This document shows, piece by piece, positions 38,315 to 46,967 of a stretch of DNA of 64,000 nucleotides. The DNA is taken from contig OY761159.2 of NCBI GenBank assembly GCA_963664395.2, forward strand, positions 4,512,001-4,576,000, given 5' to 3'. The DNA comes from Candidatus Binatia bacterium (lineage in GTDB: Bacteria; Desulfobacterota; Binatia; Bin18). The first letter of the stretch is position 1. The number at the start of each line of letters is the position of its first letter. The notes under the pieces are model-generated. The model did no database searches and was not told where the DNA came from. It saw nothing but the letters and a program-made list of their open reading frames with translations. The translations under genes were made by a program, and so were the position numbers.

Positions 38315-38566
38315 TCACAGATATTTCTCCCGGAGATGCTCCTTGTATGCATCAGCATTCATCCGGTGTCCCTTCAGCACGCCGACAAGCGAAGCCGTAA
38401 GCGGGGGGAGTTTCTTTGCGGCTGGCTGCTTGGGCGTGCTGAGAGCATCAAAAAAATCGCCAACCATTTGAGAGACCGATTTACCCCGGCGACTGGCCTC
38501 AAGTTTTCCTTTTTCGACGAGTCTTTCATCCATTCGTAAGGTGAGCTTGGTGTTCATGACGTACAC
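38315..38566 (-). CDS. RHH-type antitoxin (DUF6364-like), orphan
   Basis: MNTKLTLRMDE.LVE..K..A...GKSVSQMV.DFF...LPPLTASL.GVL...YKEHL.EKY; start may be ATG 38557. Confidence 0.8.
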   Translation of the reverse strand: MYVMNTKLTLRMDERLVEKGKLEASRRGKSVSQMVGDFFDALSTPKQPAAKKLPPLTASLVGVLKGHRMNADAYKEHLREKYL

Positions 38567-38670
38567 ATATTATTATCTATACGTCACATCAAGCCTCCGT
38601 TTGCCATTCGTCCCACTCCCTGTCAGGCCAAGCCGCTCACATGCGCGCTACGTTACGGCGGTTTTCCGCC

Positions 38671-38700
38671 TTGACATCCTGCGCCGGTAGGCCGTATACA
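38671..38700 (+). promoter_or_regulatory. Putative sigma70 promoter for the mgs/mgd/gmaS operon
   Basis: TTGACA-N18-TATACA about 60 bp upstream of the first ATG. Confidence 0.45.
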
Positions 38701-38761
38701 CTTCCAAAGCGTCGTTGTCCCGACCACTGAAGAAAAGACCAGACCGAACGAAGAGACAATC

Positions 38762-39691
38762 ATGTGTGGCATCGTCGGATTTTTAGACAAGAGCGGTAAT
38801 CGCCAGGCAGCGGTGGGGCAAGTCTTGCTCGACATGTTGTCGGCCCTTGACCGCCGTGGACCGGATTCGAGCGGCGTTGCCGTCTATGCCGATCGTGGCG
38901 CTGATGCCCGTGTCCTGCGTATTAAGCTGGGCGAGCACGGACCGTTTGAGACCATCGCAGACTTGATTGTCGAACAAGTAAAAGGCATTGCTTCAGTTGC
39001 CGATGTACTGCTCCAGGGCCCCTCGCTCCGGCTGGTTGTCGAGTCTCAAGCAACGCCGCAACGACTGGAGCAGGCAATTGAAGCCGCGGGCGCCTCACTT
39101 GCCGAGCAGGTCGAAGTCGTCAGCCTGGGCAACCGCCTTGAGCTGGTCAAACAGGTCGGTTCTCCAGCGAATCTTGAAGCCACGTACGCGGTCTCGTCTC
39201 AGCGTGGCACGCATGGCATCGGCCATACCCGCATGTCTACCGAGAGCCGGGTTGATCTCAGCCATTCGCAGCCCTTTTGGGCGCATGGCCGCGCCGACGT
39301 TGCCATCGTCCATAACGGACATATCACCAATTACCACAAGCTGCGGCGCATCTATGAGCAGCAGGGACATCGTTTTTACACGGGGAACGACTCGGAAATT
39401 ATCGGCCTGTATATCGCCGACCAAATGTCACACGGAGCCGGCTTTGAAGACGCCCTCCAGACTTCATTGACAGACTTTGACGGTGCATTCAGCTATCTGG
39501 CCGCAAGCGCGGACAGTCTGGGCTATGTCAAAGATCCCTTTGCTTTCAAACCCCTGATTGTGACTGAAACGCCGGCCTATGTGGCCATTGCGACCGAAGA
39601 ACAGGCCCTTCGCTCCGCTCTTGGCGATGACTTTTCGGTGTGGGAGCCGGGGGTTAATGCCGTCATGACGTGGAAGGTTTCTGAAGCATAG
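38762..39691 (+). CDS. mgsA: N-methylglutamate synthase subunit A (class II glutamine amidotransferase, GlxB-like)
   Basis: MCGIVG, RGPDSSG, GHTRMSTES, HNGHITNY, NDSE; operon context. Confidence 0.85.
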   Translation: MCGIVGFLDKSGNRQAAVGQVLLDMLSALDRRGPDSSGVAVYADRGADARVLRIKLGEHGPFETIADLIVEQVKGIASVADVLLQGPSLRLVVESQATPQRLEQAIEAAGASLAEQVEVVSLGNRLELVKQVGSPANLEATYAVSSQRGTHGIGHTRMSTESRVDLSHSQPFWAHGRADVAIVHNGHITNYHKLRRIYEQQGHRFYTGNDSEIIGLYIADQMSHGAGFEDALQTSLTDFDGAFSYLAASADSLGYVKDPFAFKPLIVTETPAYVAIATEEQALRSALGDDFSVWEPGVNAVMTWKVSEA

Positions 39692-39725
39692 TCAAAATCC
39701 GGATTACGTTTTACGAGAAGGCCGT

Positions 39726-40418
39726 ATGGTGAAAGAAGTCGACTGCACCGATAAAACGTCCCGAGCAATCAATCAGGAAATTCGCCACCATATCCAGGCT
39801 GGCGAACAGGATATTCGCGTCCATCATCCCCAAGCACGCCACAATCTCGGCGTGGCCATCCTCCAGCCGATCACACTGACCATTACCGGGAGTGTGGGCT
39901 ATTACTGTGGCGGTCTTATTGACAGCCCACGCATTGAAGTGCAGGGCAGTTGCGGCTGGGGCCTGGCGGAAAGCATGCTGAACGGCACAGTCATTGTCGG
40001 CCAAAACGCGGGCAATAGCGCCGCGGCATCCATTCGAGGTGGAACAGTCGTGATTCGGGGCAGCGCCAGTTCACGCGCCGGTATTGCCATGAAGGGCGGG
40101 ACGCTTATTGTTCAGGGCAATAGTGGCTATATGACCGGTTTCATGCTGCAAAAAGGGACCATCATTGTCTGCGGCGATACAGCCGAAGCACTCGGCGATT
40201 CCATGTATGAGGGGCGTATCTTTGTGGGAGGCCGCATCGCGGACCTGGGCAATGATGCGGTCATTCAGGACGTAACGGACCAAGACCGGGCCTTTCTTGC
40301 GACCACGTTAGCCCAGTACGATATTGAAGCGCCGGCTTCCTTTCAGAAAGTCGTCTCCGGCAGACGATTATGGCATTTTGATAAAAAAGACTTTGACACC
40401 TGGCGGGAGGCGTTGTGA
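39726..40418 (+). CDS. mgsB: N-methylglutamate synthase subunit B (GXGXG domain, GlxC-like)
   Basis: GSVGYYCGG, GWGLAE.M..G, R.GI.MKGG, ALGDSMYEG. Confidence 0.85.
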   Translation: MVKEVDCTDKTSRAINQEIRHHIQAGEQDIRVHHPQARHNLGVAILQPITLTITGSVGYYCGGLIDSPRIEVQGSCGWGLAESMLNGTVIVGQNAGNSAAASIRGGTVVIRGSASSRAGIAMKGGTLIVQGNSGYMTGFMLQKGTIIVCGDTAEALGDSMYEGRIFVGGRIADLGNDAVIQDVTDQDRAFLATTLAQYDIEAPASFQKVVSGRRLWHFDKKDFDTWREAL

Positions 40419-41761
40419 GCGAGCGACCTGTTGTCCGACACAGTACTACCTGGAAACCCGAGACGATCGAGGACATCCAGGTCAAGGCGGACCTGGGCCG
40501 CTACCGTATTCGGGGCTTCAGCGCCCTGCGCGACCGCCCCCTGCCCTCTTTTGATGACCTCACTTTTATTCCCTGTACACTCACCCGGGTGCCACTTGAA
40601 GGCTACCGTGAAAAATGTTCGACAAAGACGGTCCTCGGCAACCGTTTTGCCCAAAAGCCGATTGAAATCGACATTCCCATTATGGTGACCGGCATGAGTT
40701 ATGGCGCGCTGTCCTACAATGCCAAAGTTGCCTTAGCCAAAGCTGCGGCCCGCACCGGGACGTCTACGACAACCGGCGACGGCGGTATGTTGGCTGCCGA
40801 GCGCGAGCATTCAAACATTCTTATCTATGAAGTCTTACCCAGCCGGTATGGCATCAACGTGCATCATCTTCGACAGGCCAACGCGATTGAGCTGACGGTG
40901 GGACAGGGAGCCAAGCCCGGTACAGGCGGGCTCTTGCTTGAGTCAAAAGTCTCGGACGAAATCGCTGAGCTGCGAGACCTGCCTCCAGGCGTTGACCAAC
41001 GCAGTCCGTGCCGTCATCCGGATTGGCTTGGCCCGGACGATATGCTGACGAAAATCGAGGAGTTGCGCGAAGCAACCGACTGGCAGGTCCCTATTTTTGT
41101 CAAAATGGGCGCGGCGCGCGTGTATGACGATGTAAAGCTGGCGGCCAAGGCTGGCGCGGATGTCGTCGTGGTCGATGGTATGGAAGGTGGCACGGGCGCA
41201 TCGCCGGACATCCTGCTTGACCATACCGGGATTCCGACCCTGGCCGCGGTGTGTGAAGCGCGGGCCGCATTGGAGGATTGCGGTCTGTACGGCACGGTGC
41301 AGCTTATTATTGCCGGCGGCATACACAGCGGCACCGCCGCGGCGAAAGCGCTGGCACTTGGCGCGGATGCCGTCTATCTCGGTACCGCGGCTTTGATCGC
41401 ACTCAACTGTAACAAGCCGCTGTACGTAGACGATTATCATGCAATCGGCGCCGAACCCTACGCCTGCCATCACTGTCATACCGGGCGCTGTCCGGTTGGC
41501 ATTACGACGCAGGACCCGGAGCTGATGAAACGGCTGGATATTGATGCGGGTGCCGAGCGCGTCAGCAACTTCTTTAACGCCATGACCCTGGAAATTCAGA
41601 TGTTGGCGCGCTCATGCGGGAAGTCGGATGTCCATGCTTTAGAGCCTGAAGACCTGCGGGCCTTAACCCTTGAGTCCTCCATGATCACCGGTATTCCCCT
41701 GGTGGGGACAAACGTAGTCTTTGCCGGCGGGCCGGGCTGGAAACCGTCATCCCAACGGTAG
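40415..41761 (+). CDS. mgsC: N-methylglutamate synthase subunit C (FMN-binding glutamate synthase family, GlxD-like)
   Basis: GMSYGALS, TTGDGGM, PSRYG, GQGAKPG.GG, RHPDW.GPDD, CHHCHTGRCPVGITTQDP. Confidence 0.88.
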   Translation: MSERPVVRHSTTWKPETIEDIQVKADLGRYRIRGFSALRDRPLPSFDDLTFIPCTLTRVPLEGYREKCSTKTVLGNRFAQKPIEIDIPIMVTGMSYGALSYNAKVALAKAAARTGTSTTTGDGGMLAAEREHSNILIYEVLPSRYGINVHHLRQANAIELTVGQGAKPGTGGLLLESKVSDEIAELRDLPPGVDQRSPCRHPDWLGPDDMLTKIEELREATDWQVPIFVKMGAARVYDDVKLAAKAGADVVVVDGMEGGTGASPDILLDHTGIPTLAAVCEARAALEDCGLYGTVQLIIAGGIHSGTAAAKALALGADAVYLGTAALIALNCNKPLYVDDYHAIGAEPYACHHCHTGRCPVGITTQDPELMKRLDIDAGAERVSNFFNAMTLEIQMLARSCGKSDVHALEPEDLRALTLESSMITGIPLVGTNVVFAGGPGWKPSSQR

Positions 41762-41766
41762 TCCCT

Positions 41767-42018
41767 ATGTCTTTTCTTGTGGATTGTCCCAACTGCGGCG
41801 AGCGGAGCGTGTATGAGTTTCGTTCAGGCGGGGAGTTTCGGCAACGCCCGCCTACGTCGGTTTCATCCCACGAGTGGGCGCGTTACCTGTATATCCGAAA
41901 AAATGAGGCCGGCGAGCACACCGAGTGGTGGTATCACCAGATGGGTTGTCGGCGCTGGTTTTTAGCCGTTCGTGACACACGCACGAATATTGTCAAAGAA
42001 ACGTATGAGTACGACTAG
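41767..42018 (+). CDS. soxD: Sarcosine oxidase delta-like subunit (N-methylglutamate dehydrogenase)
   Basis: CPNCGER...EF, W..YLY.R.N..G...EWWYH..GCRRWF...RDT. Confidence 0.9.
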   Translation: MSFLVDCPNCGERSVYEFRSGGEFRQRPPTSVSSHEWARYLYIRKNEAGEHTEWWYHQMGCRRWFLAVRDTRTNIVKETYEYD

Positions 42019-44950
42019 ACTCCCGCCCCACCCGGCCCACGTCATCGATCACGAGAAAACAATTACGTTCACCTTTGCTGGGGAAAGAATCCAGGCACGG
42101 GCGGGCGACACCATCGCCTCTGCTCTCTACGCCGCGGGCCAGCGTATCTTCAGTCGGAGTTTCAAATACCACCGACCGCGCGGACTGTTATGTAGCGCCG
42201 GGCAGTGTCCCAACTGTCTGATGAATGTGGATGGCACACCGAGTGTCCGCACCTGCACCGCACCCGTTCGGCAAGGCATGCGCGTCCAGCCACAAAATGT
42301 GTGGCCCTCGCTCCGGCACGACCTCCTGTCCATTATTGGCAGCTTCGATTGGCTGCTGCCGATTGGCTTCTATTATAAGACCTTTATTCGTCCACGCTTT
42401 CTCTGGCCGTTGGCAGAGAAGTTTCTCCGGCGTGTGGCCGGCCTGGGAGAAATCGATACACAGGCAAAACCAAAAGGCGGCTATGACCACCAGTATCGTC
42501 ACACGGATATTGCGGTTGTCGGCGCTGGGCCGGCCGGTTTAACCGCGGCGTATGAAGCCGCCCGCCTCGGCAGTCAGGTGACGCTGATTGACGACCAGCC
42601 GAAACTCGGGGGTCATTTGCGGTTTCAGACCAGAACCTACGACAACATAGGCGAAGATGGCGGCGAAGATAGCGGATTAACGGGATTCGAGCTGGCCCGG
42701 TCATTACGAGAGAAAGTCACGTCACAGCCGAACCTTGATATTCTTTCATCCGCCACCGTCTTTGGTGGCTATGAAGGCGGGCTGCTGGGAGTGATGCAGG
42801 CCAAGCGACTGATCCATCTGCGCACGAAACGTGTGATTATTGCAACCGGGAGTCACGAGTATCCAGCCGTTTTTCGGAACAATGATTTACCCGGCGTCAT
42901 GCTTGGCAGCGGAGTGCGGCGACTGCTGCACCTGTATGGAGTGAAGCCCGGTACACGCGCAGTTGTTGTCTGCCATGATGAGACAGGTCTGACTCTTGCC
43001 GCTGAGTTGCTCAATGCCGGCATCCGGGTTGCCGCGGTTGTTGACTCTCGCTACAGGCTGCCGGAAGCCCAGGATTCGGTGAAACAGCTCCACCGTAGCG
43101 GCGTCGAGTTGCTCACCTCCTACGCTATTCAAGAAGCCCACGGTAAGGATCACGTTGATGGAGCCCTGGTTGTTCCGCTTGATGCTCGGCAACACCCTTT
43201 TCCGCACGCGAGCCGTTTTATCCCGTGTGATTTGATTTGTCTTTCGACCGACCGGGCTCCGGCGGCGGCCCTGGTGGCGCAGAGTGGGGGCGAACTCCAC
43301 TACGATGAAGCGCTGGGGAAAATGATTCCGCAGCAGCTGCCGCCCCAGGTGTTCTGTGCCGGTGACGTGACCGGCATCAATCATTTGCCCGCTATTCTCG
43401 CCCAAGGACGCCTGGCCGGATTACAGGCCGCTCACAGTCTTCACCTGTCTGACTCACCCGCCCTCCCTGCTCAAACCCAGACTCTCCAACGGGAGCTGAG
43501 TAGGCTTGAGGAAGAGTATCGACACCACTATGAGCCTTATCCTCAACTCAGTCATGTCTGGGAAAAGAAAAAGCAGTTTGTGTGTGTCTGCGAAGACATT
43601 ACCCACACGGACCTTGCTCAGGGCGTGGCCGAGGGCTTTGATGAAGTCGAAACTCTCAAACGCTACAGCACCTTTTCAATGGGGCCGTGTCAGGGCCGCA
43701 TGTGCGCGACTGCGGCCCTGCGTATTTGTGCAAAACAGGCCGGTCGTGCGCTGGCCGCGGCGCGTACTACTACGGCCCGGCCGCCCATTATGCCGGTACC
43801 GCTCGGCGTTCTGGCCGGACGCAACCATCAGCCGGAAAAACACACGCCCCTGCATCATCGCCACATTGCCCTGGGCGCAGAGATGATGCTGTTAGGCAGT
43901 TGGAAACGGCCGTATGCGTATACCGCGCCAAACGAAGAACATCGGGCTGTCCGCGAACGGGTCGGGATCATAGACGTCAGCACCTTGGGAAAACTGGAGG
44001 TCAAGGGCAAGGATGCCGCGCAATTGCTCGATCGCGTCTACACGCATACCTTTTCGACTCTCCGAACCGGACGCATCCGCTACGGTGTGATGTGTGACGA
44101 CAGTGGGATCATTATTGATGATGGCACAGTTTCGCGCCTGGCTGACGACCATTTCTTTTTGACGACCACCACGGGTAATGTCGAATTCGTCGAACAATGG
44201 CTCAAATGGTGGACAGCCGGCACGGACCTGTGCGCGCAGGTGACCAATGTGACCGGTGGGCTGGCGGCCATGAACATCGCCGGCCCGTACGCCAGGCAGG
44301 TGTTCAGTCGGATCACGGATAGTGACCTGTCTTCGGAAGCCTTTCCCTATATGGCCTGCCGGCAGGCCGAAGTGGCGGGGGTGCCGGCGCTGTTGCTGCG
44401 CATCGGCTTTGTCGGAGAGACCGGCTGGGAAATTCATATTCCGGCTGAATGCGGGGAGCAGGTGTGGGACGCGGTCATGGCGGCGGGAGCAGAGTTTCAG
44501 ATTATCCCGTTTGGCGTTGGGGCACAGCGTATTTTACGTTTGGAGAAAAAACATGTCATCGTCGGCCAGGATACCGACGCGCTGTCCAACCCCTTGGAAG
44601 CCGATATGGAATGGGTGGTCAAGTTCAATAAGGACGACTTTATTGGCAAGCGCGGCCTCCAGGCCGTACAGGAACGCGGCCTACGTCAAAAACTGGTGGG
44701 CTTTGCGCTGCGCGACTCGGGTATGGCGGAAGGCGGCCAGGCGGTCGTGCTGAACGGTCAACCGGCCGGCAGGGTCGCCAGCGCGGCATTCAGTCCGGTT
44801 GCCGGGAAATGCGTCGGTCTGGCTTGGGTGCCGATTGAGGTGGCGAGCGGCGATAGTCCGCTTCAGATTCGCATAAACGGAACGCTCGTACAGGCAGATA
44901 TTGTTGACGAAGCCTTCTACGACCCGCAAGGAGAGCGCCTCAGGGGCTAG
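42005..44950 (+). CDS. soxA: Sarcosine oxidase alpha-like subunit (N-methylglutamate dehydrogenase)
   Basis: RSFKYHRPRG, GAGPAGL, C.CED, KRYS...MGPCQG, DVSTLGK, GcvT-like C-terminus FYDPQG; start MSTTRL at 42005. Confidence 0.92.
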   Translation: MSTTRLPPHPAHVIDHEKTITFTFAGERIQARAGDTIASALYAAGQRIFSRSFKYHRPRGLLCSAGQCPNCLMNVDGTPSVRTCTAPVRQGMRVQPQNVWPSLRHDLLSIIGSFDWLLPIGFYYKTFIRPRFLWPLAEKFLRRVAGLGEIDTQAKPKGGYDHQYRHTDIAVVGAGPAGLTAAYEAARLGSQVTLIDDQPKLGGHLRFQTRTYDNIGEDGGEDSGLTGFELARSLREKVTSQPNLDILSSATVFGGYEGGLLGVMQAKRLIHLRTKRVIIATGSHEYPAVFRNNDLPGVMLGSGVRRLLHLYGVKPGTRAVVVCHDETGLTLAAELLNAGIRVAAVVDSRYRLPEAQDSVKQLHRSGVELLTSYAIQEAHGKDHVDGALVVPLDARQHPFPHASRFIPCDLICLSTDRAPAAALVAQSGGELHYDEALGKMIPQQLPPQVFCAGDVTGINHLPAILAQGRLAGLQAAHSLHLSDSPALPAQTQTLQRELSRLEEEYRHHYEPYPQLSHVWEKKKQFVCVCEDITHTDLAQGVAEGFDEVETLKRYSTFSMGPCQGRMCATAALRICAKQAGRALAAARTTTARPPIMPVPLGVLAGRNHQPEKHTPLHHRHIALGAEMMLLGSWKRPYAYTAPNEEHRAVRERVGIIDVSTLGKLEVKGKDAAQLLDRVYTHTFSTLRTGRIRYGVMCDDSGIIIDDGTVSRLADDHFFLTTTTGNVEFVEQWLKWWTAGTDLCAQVTNVTGGLAAMNIAGPYARQVFSRITDSDLSSEAFPYMACRQAEVAGVPALLLRIGFVGETGWEIHIPAECGEQVWDAVMAAGAEFQIIPFGVGAQRILRLEKKHVIVGQDTDALSNPLEADMEWVVKFNKDDFIGKRGLQAVQERGLRQKLVGFALRDSGMAEGGQAVVLNGQPAGRVASAAFSPVAGKCVGLAWVPIEVASGDSPLQIRINGTLVQADIVDEAFYDPQGERLRG

Positions 44951-44955
44951 GACAT

Positions 44956-45741
44956 ATGGCAGGTTCATTAGGTCTCCCGCTCATCCGGCGCTCGGCGCTG
45001 CACGCTTTCCATCTCTCGGCCGGTGCCGGTATGGCTGAGAACAATGGCTGGCACTGTCCCGACTCCTACGGTTCGGTTGACGCTGAAGTGCAGGCAGTCT
45101 TTGAACAGGTGGGGCTCAGCGATATCAGTCCCCTGGCCAAGCTCGATATGCAAGGCAATAATGCGTTCGCCGCGCTCGTGCAGTGGCTCTCACCCGATCT
45201 CTCACCTGATCTCTCACTGGGCCTCTCACCTGAGACACTCCCTGGCCGGACTGTCGTTCGAGTCACTCCCCAAGCCCTGCACATTGGCCCGGATACGAGT
45301 GGTCTGCCGGGTGGGCTGGTGTGTTCCCTTGCCAGGAATCACGCGCGGCTCATCTCCTCACCCGGAACCGCCGCTGCAGTCCAATCCCACCTTGAGGCAG
45401 TGACGCAGCCGGCAGCCGCTTCAGCCTGCGTCCACCTGACCGATGTCACCTCGAGTTTTACTGCTGTGCAGATAACTGGCCCGCGCAGCCGAGACTTGTT
45501 GAGGAAGCTCACCGCCTTGGACCTCAGACCAGCCCAATTCCCGGATTTGTCCTGCGCGCAAGGCAGCCTGGCAAACGTCCATGCCCTTGTCATTCGTGCA
45601 GATATACAGACTCATCTTTCCTACCAGGTCTACTATGGACGGGAGTTTGGTGAGTACGTATGGGAAGCCCTGCTGGACGCCGGCCAGGAGTTCGGAGCGC
45701 TCCCGTTCGGCATGGCGGCCCAACGCCAATTACAAGGATAA
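44956..45741 (+). CDS. soxG: Sarcosine oxidase gamma-like/GcvT folate-binding subunit
   Basis: VGLSDISPL.KL, TDVTS...I.GP..RDLL.KL..LD, EYVWEALLDAG.EFG. Confidence 0.8.
   Translation: MAGSLGLPLIRRSALHAFHLSAGAGMAENNGWHCPDSYGSVDAEVQAVFEQVGLSDISPLAKLDMQGNNAFAALVQWLSPDLSPDLSLGLSPETLPGRTVVRVTPQALHIGPDTSGLPGGLVCSLARNHARLISSPGTAAAVQSHLEAVTQPAAASACVHLTDVTSSFTAVQITGPRSRDLLRKLTALDLRPAQFPDLSCAQGSLANVHALVIRADIQTHLSYQVYYGREFGEYVWEALLDAGQEFGALPFGMAAQRQLQG
45187..45234. repeat. In-frame 12-bp tandem repeat x4 (CTCTCACnnGnn) encoding LSPDLSPDLSLGLSPE
   Basis: Direct reading. Confidence 0.85.
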
Positions 45742-45744
45742 GCC

Positions 45745-46956
45745 ATGCTACAGCTCTTTCGTACGCAACAGATGTGGCGCCGGCATGACCTGAAAGAGCA
45801 CTATGATGTGGTTATTATCGGGGCCGGCGTGCATGGCCTGGCAACCGCTTATTATCTCGGCAAACAGGGTGTGACGAATGTGGCGGTGGTAGACCGCAGC
45901 TACCTCGGCGGGGGTAACAGTGGCCGCAATACGGCTATCCTCCGCGCGAATTATCGCACGCCTGAAGCGATTCCTTTTTACGATGAGAGCCTGCGCCTGT
46001 ATCAGGAGTTGTCTCAAGAAGTTGACTTTAATGTGCTTTTTTCTCAGGTTGGTCATTTGACTCTGGCCCATACGGACACCGGCGTTGATGGCTTGCGCGT
46101 CCGGGCCGAGGCCAACGCCCTGCTGGACGTGGACAGCCGGCTGATCTTTCCGGACGAGATTCAGCGCCTGGTGCCCGCACTGGATGTCAGCAAAAAGGCC
46201 CATGCCCCCATCCAAGCGGCGCTGTATCATCCTCCGGGCGGTATCATCCGTCATGACGCGGTGGTCTGGGGCTATGCGCGCGGTGCGGACCGGATGGGCA
46301 TAGAAATCCACCCGCATACGGAAGTCCACGCCATTGAAACGGACAACCATCAGATTACCGCCGTCCAAACCAGTCGGGGTCGCATTGCGACCAACACCGT
46401 TGTCAATGCGACCTCGGGCTGGTGTTCAACCGTTGCACGTATGGTGGACGTTGATTTACCCATTGTCTCCCATCCGCTCCAGGCCTGTGTCACCGAGCCG
46501 TTAAAGCCCTTTCTGGACAAGGTCATCGTGTCCGCCACGCTGCACGTGTATGTCAACCAGACCGACCGGGGAGAAGTGGTCATCGGCGCGGAAATCGACC
46601 CCTACCCTTCGTATAATGCGGCCTCGACATTGCCCACTTTGGAGATGATGGCGGCGCATGCCCTGGAGCTGTTCCCGATATTGGAAGAAGCCCGGGTTTT
46701 ACGTCAATGGACCGGCGTCTGCGATATGACACCCGATTTCAGCCCCATTATGGGCAGCGTACCGGAAGTCAAGGGGTTTATTCTGAACGTCGGCTGGGGG
46801 ACGTATGGTTTCAAGGCCGGGCCGGCCGGAGGAAAAACCATAGCCGAACTCATTGTCACCAAGACAACGCCCAAATTGATCGAACCGTTTTCCCCGGCCC
46901 GTTTTTATGCAGATCGTTTAGTCGGAGAGAAAGCCGCGGCCGCAGTGTCGCATTAA
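45745..46956 (+). CDS. soxB: Sarcosine oxidase beta-like FAD subunit (N-methylglutamate dehydrogenase)
   Basis: YDVVIIGAGVHGLATAYYL, GNSGRNT.I.R.NY, RHDAVVWGYARGA, GWGTYGFKA, AAAVSH C-terminus. Confidence 0.92.
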   Translation: MLQLFRTQQMWRRHDLKEHYDVVIIGAGVHGLATAYYLGKQGVTNVAVVDRSYLGGGNSGRNTAILRANYRTPEAIPFYDESLRLYQELSQEVDFNVLFSQVGHLTLAHTDTGVDGLRVRAEANALLDVDSRLIFPDEIQRLVPALDVSKKAHAPIQAALYHPPGGIIRHDAVVWGYARGADRMGIEIHPHTEVHAIETDNHQITAVQTSRGRIATNTVVNATSGWCSTVARMVDVDLPIVSHPLQACVTEPLKPFLDKVIVSATLHVYVNQTDRGEVVIGAEIDPYPSYNAASTLPTLEMMAAHALELFPILEEARVLRQWTGVCDMTPDFSPIMGSVPEVKGFILNVGWGTYGFKAGPAGGKTIAELIVTKTTPKLIEPFSPARFYADRLVGEKAAAAVSH

Positions 46957-46967
46957 AGGAGGGACTC

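Noticed and set aside
38700-38761. Possible glutamine (glnA) riboswitch ahead of mgsA
   Set aside because: Only a CGTT...AACG pairing is visible and the conserved core is absent.
46707-46967. N-terminal extension of the gmaS ORF in the track
   Set aside because: It overlaps soxB; a strong RBS and family homology begin at ATG 46968.
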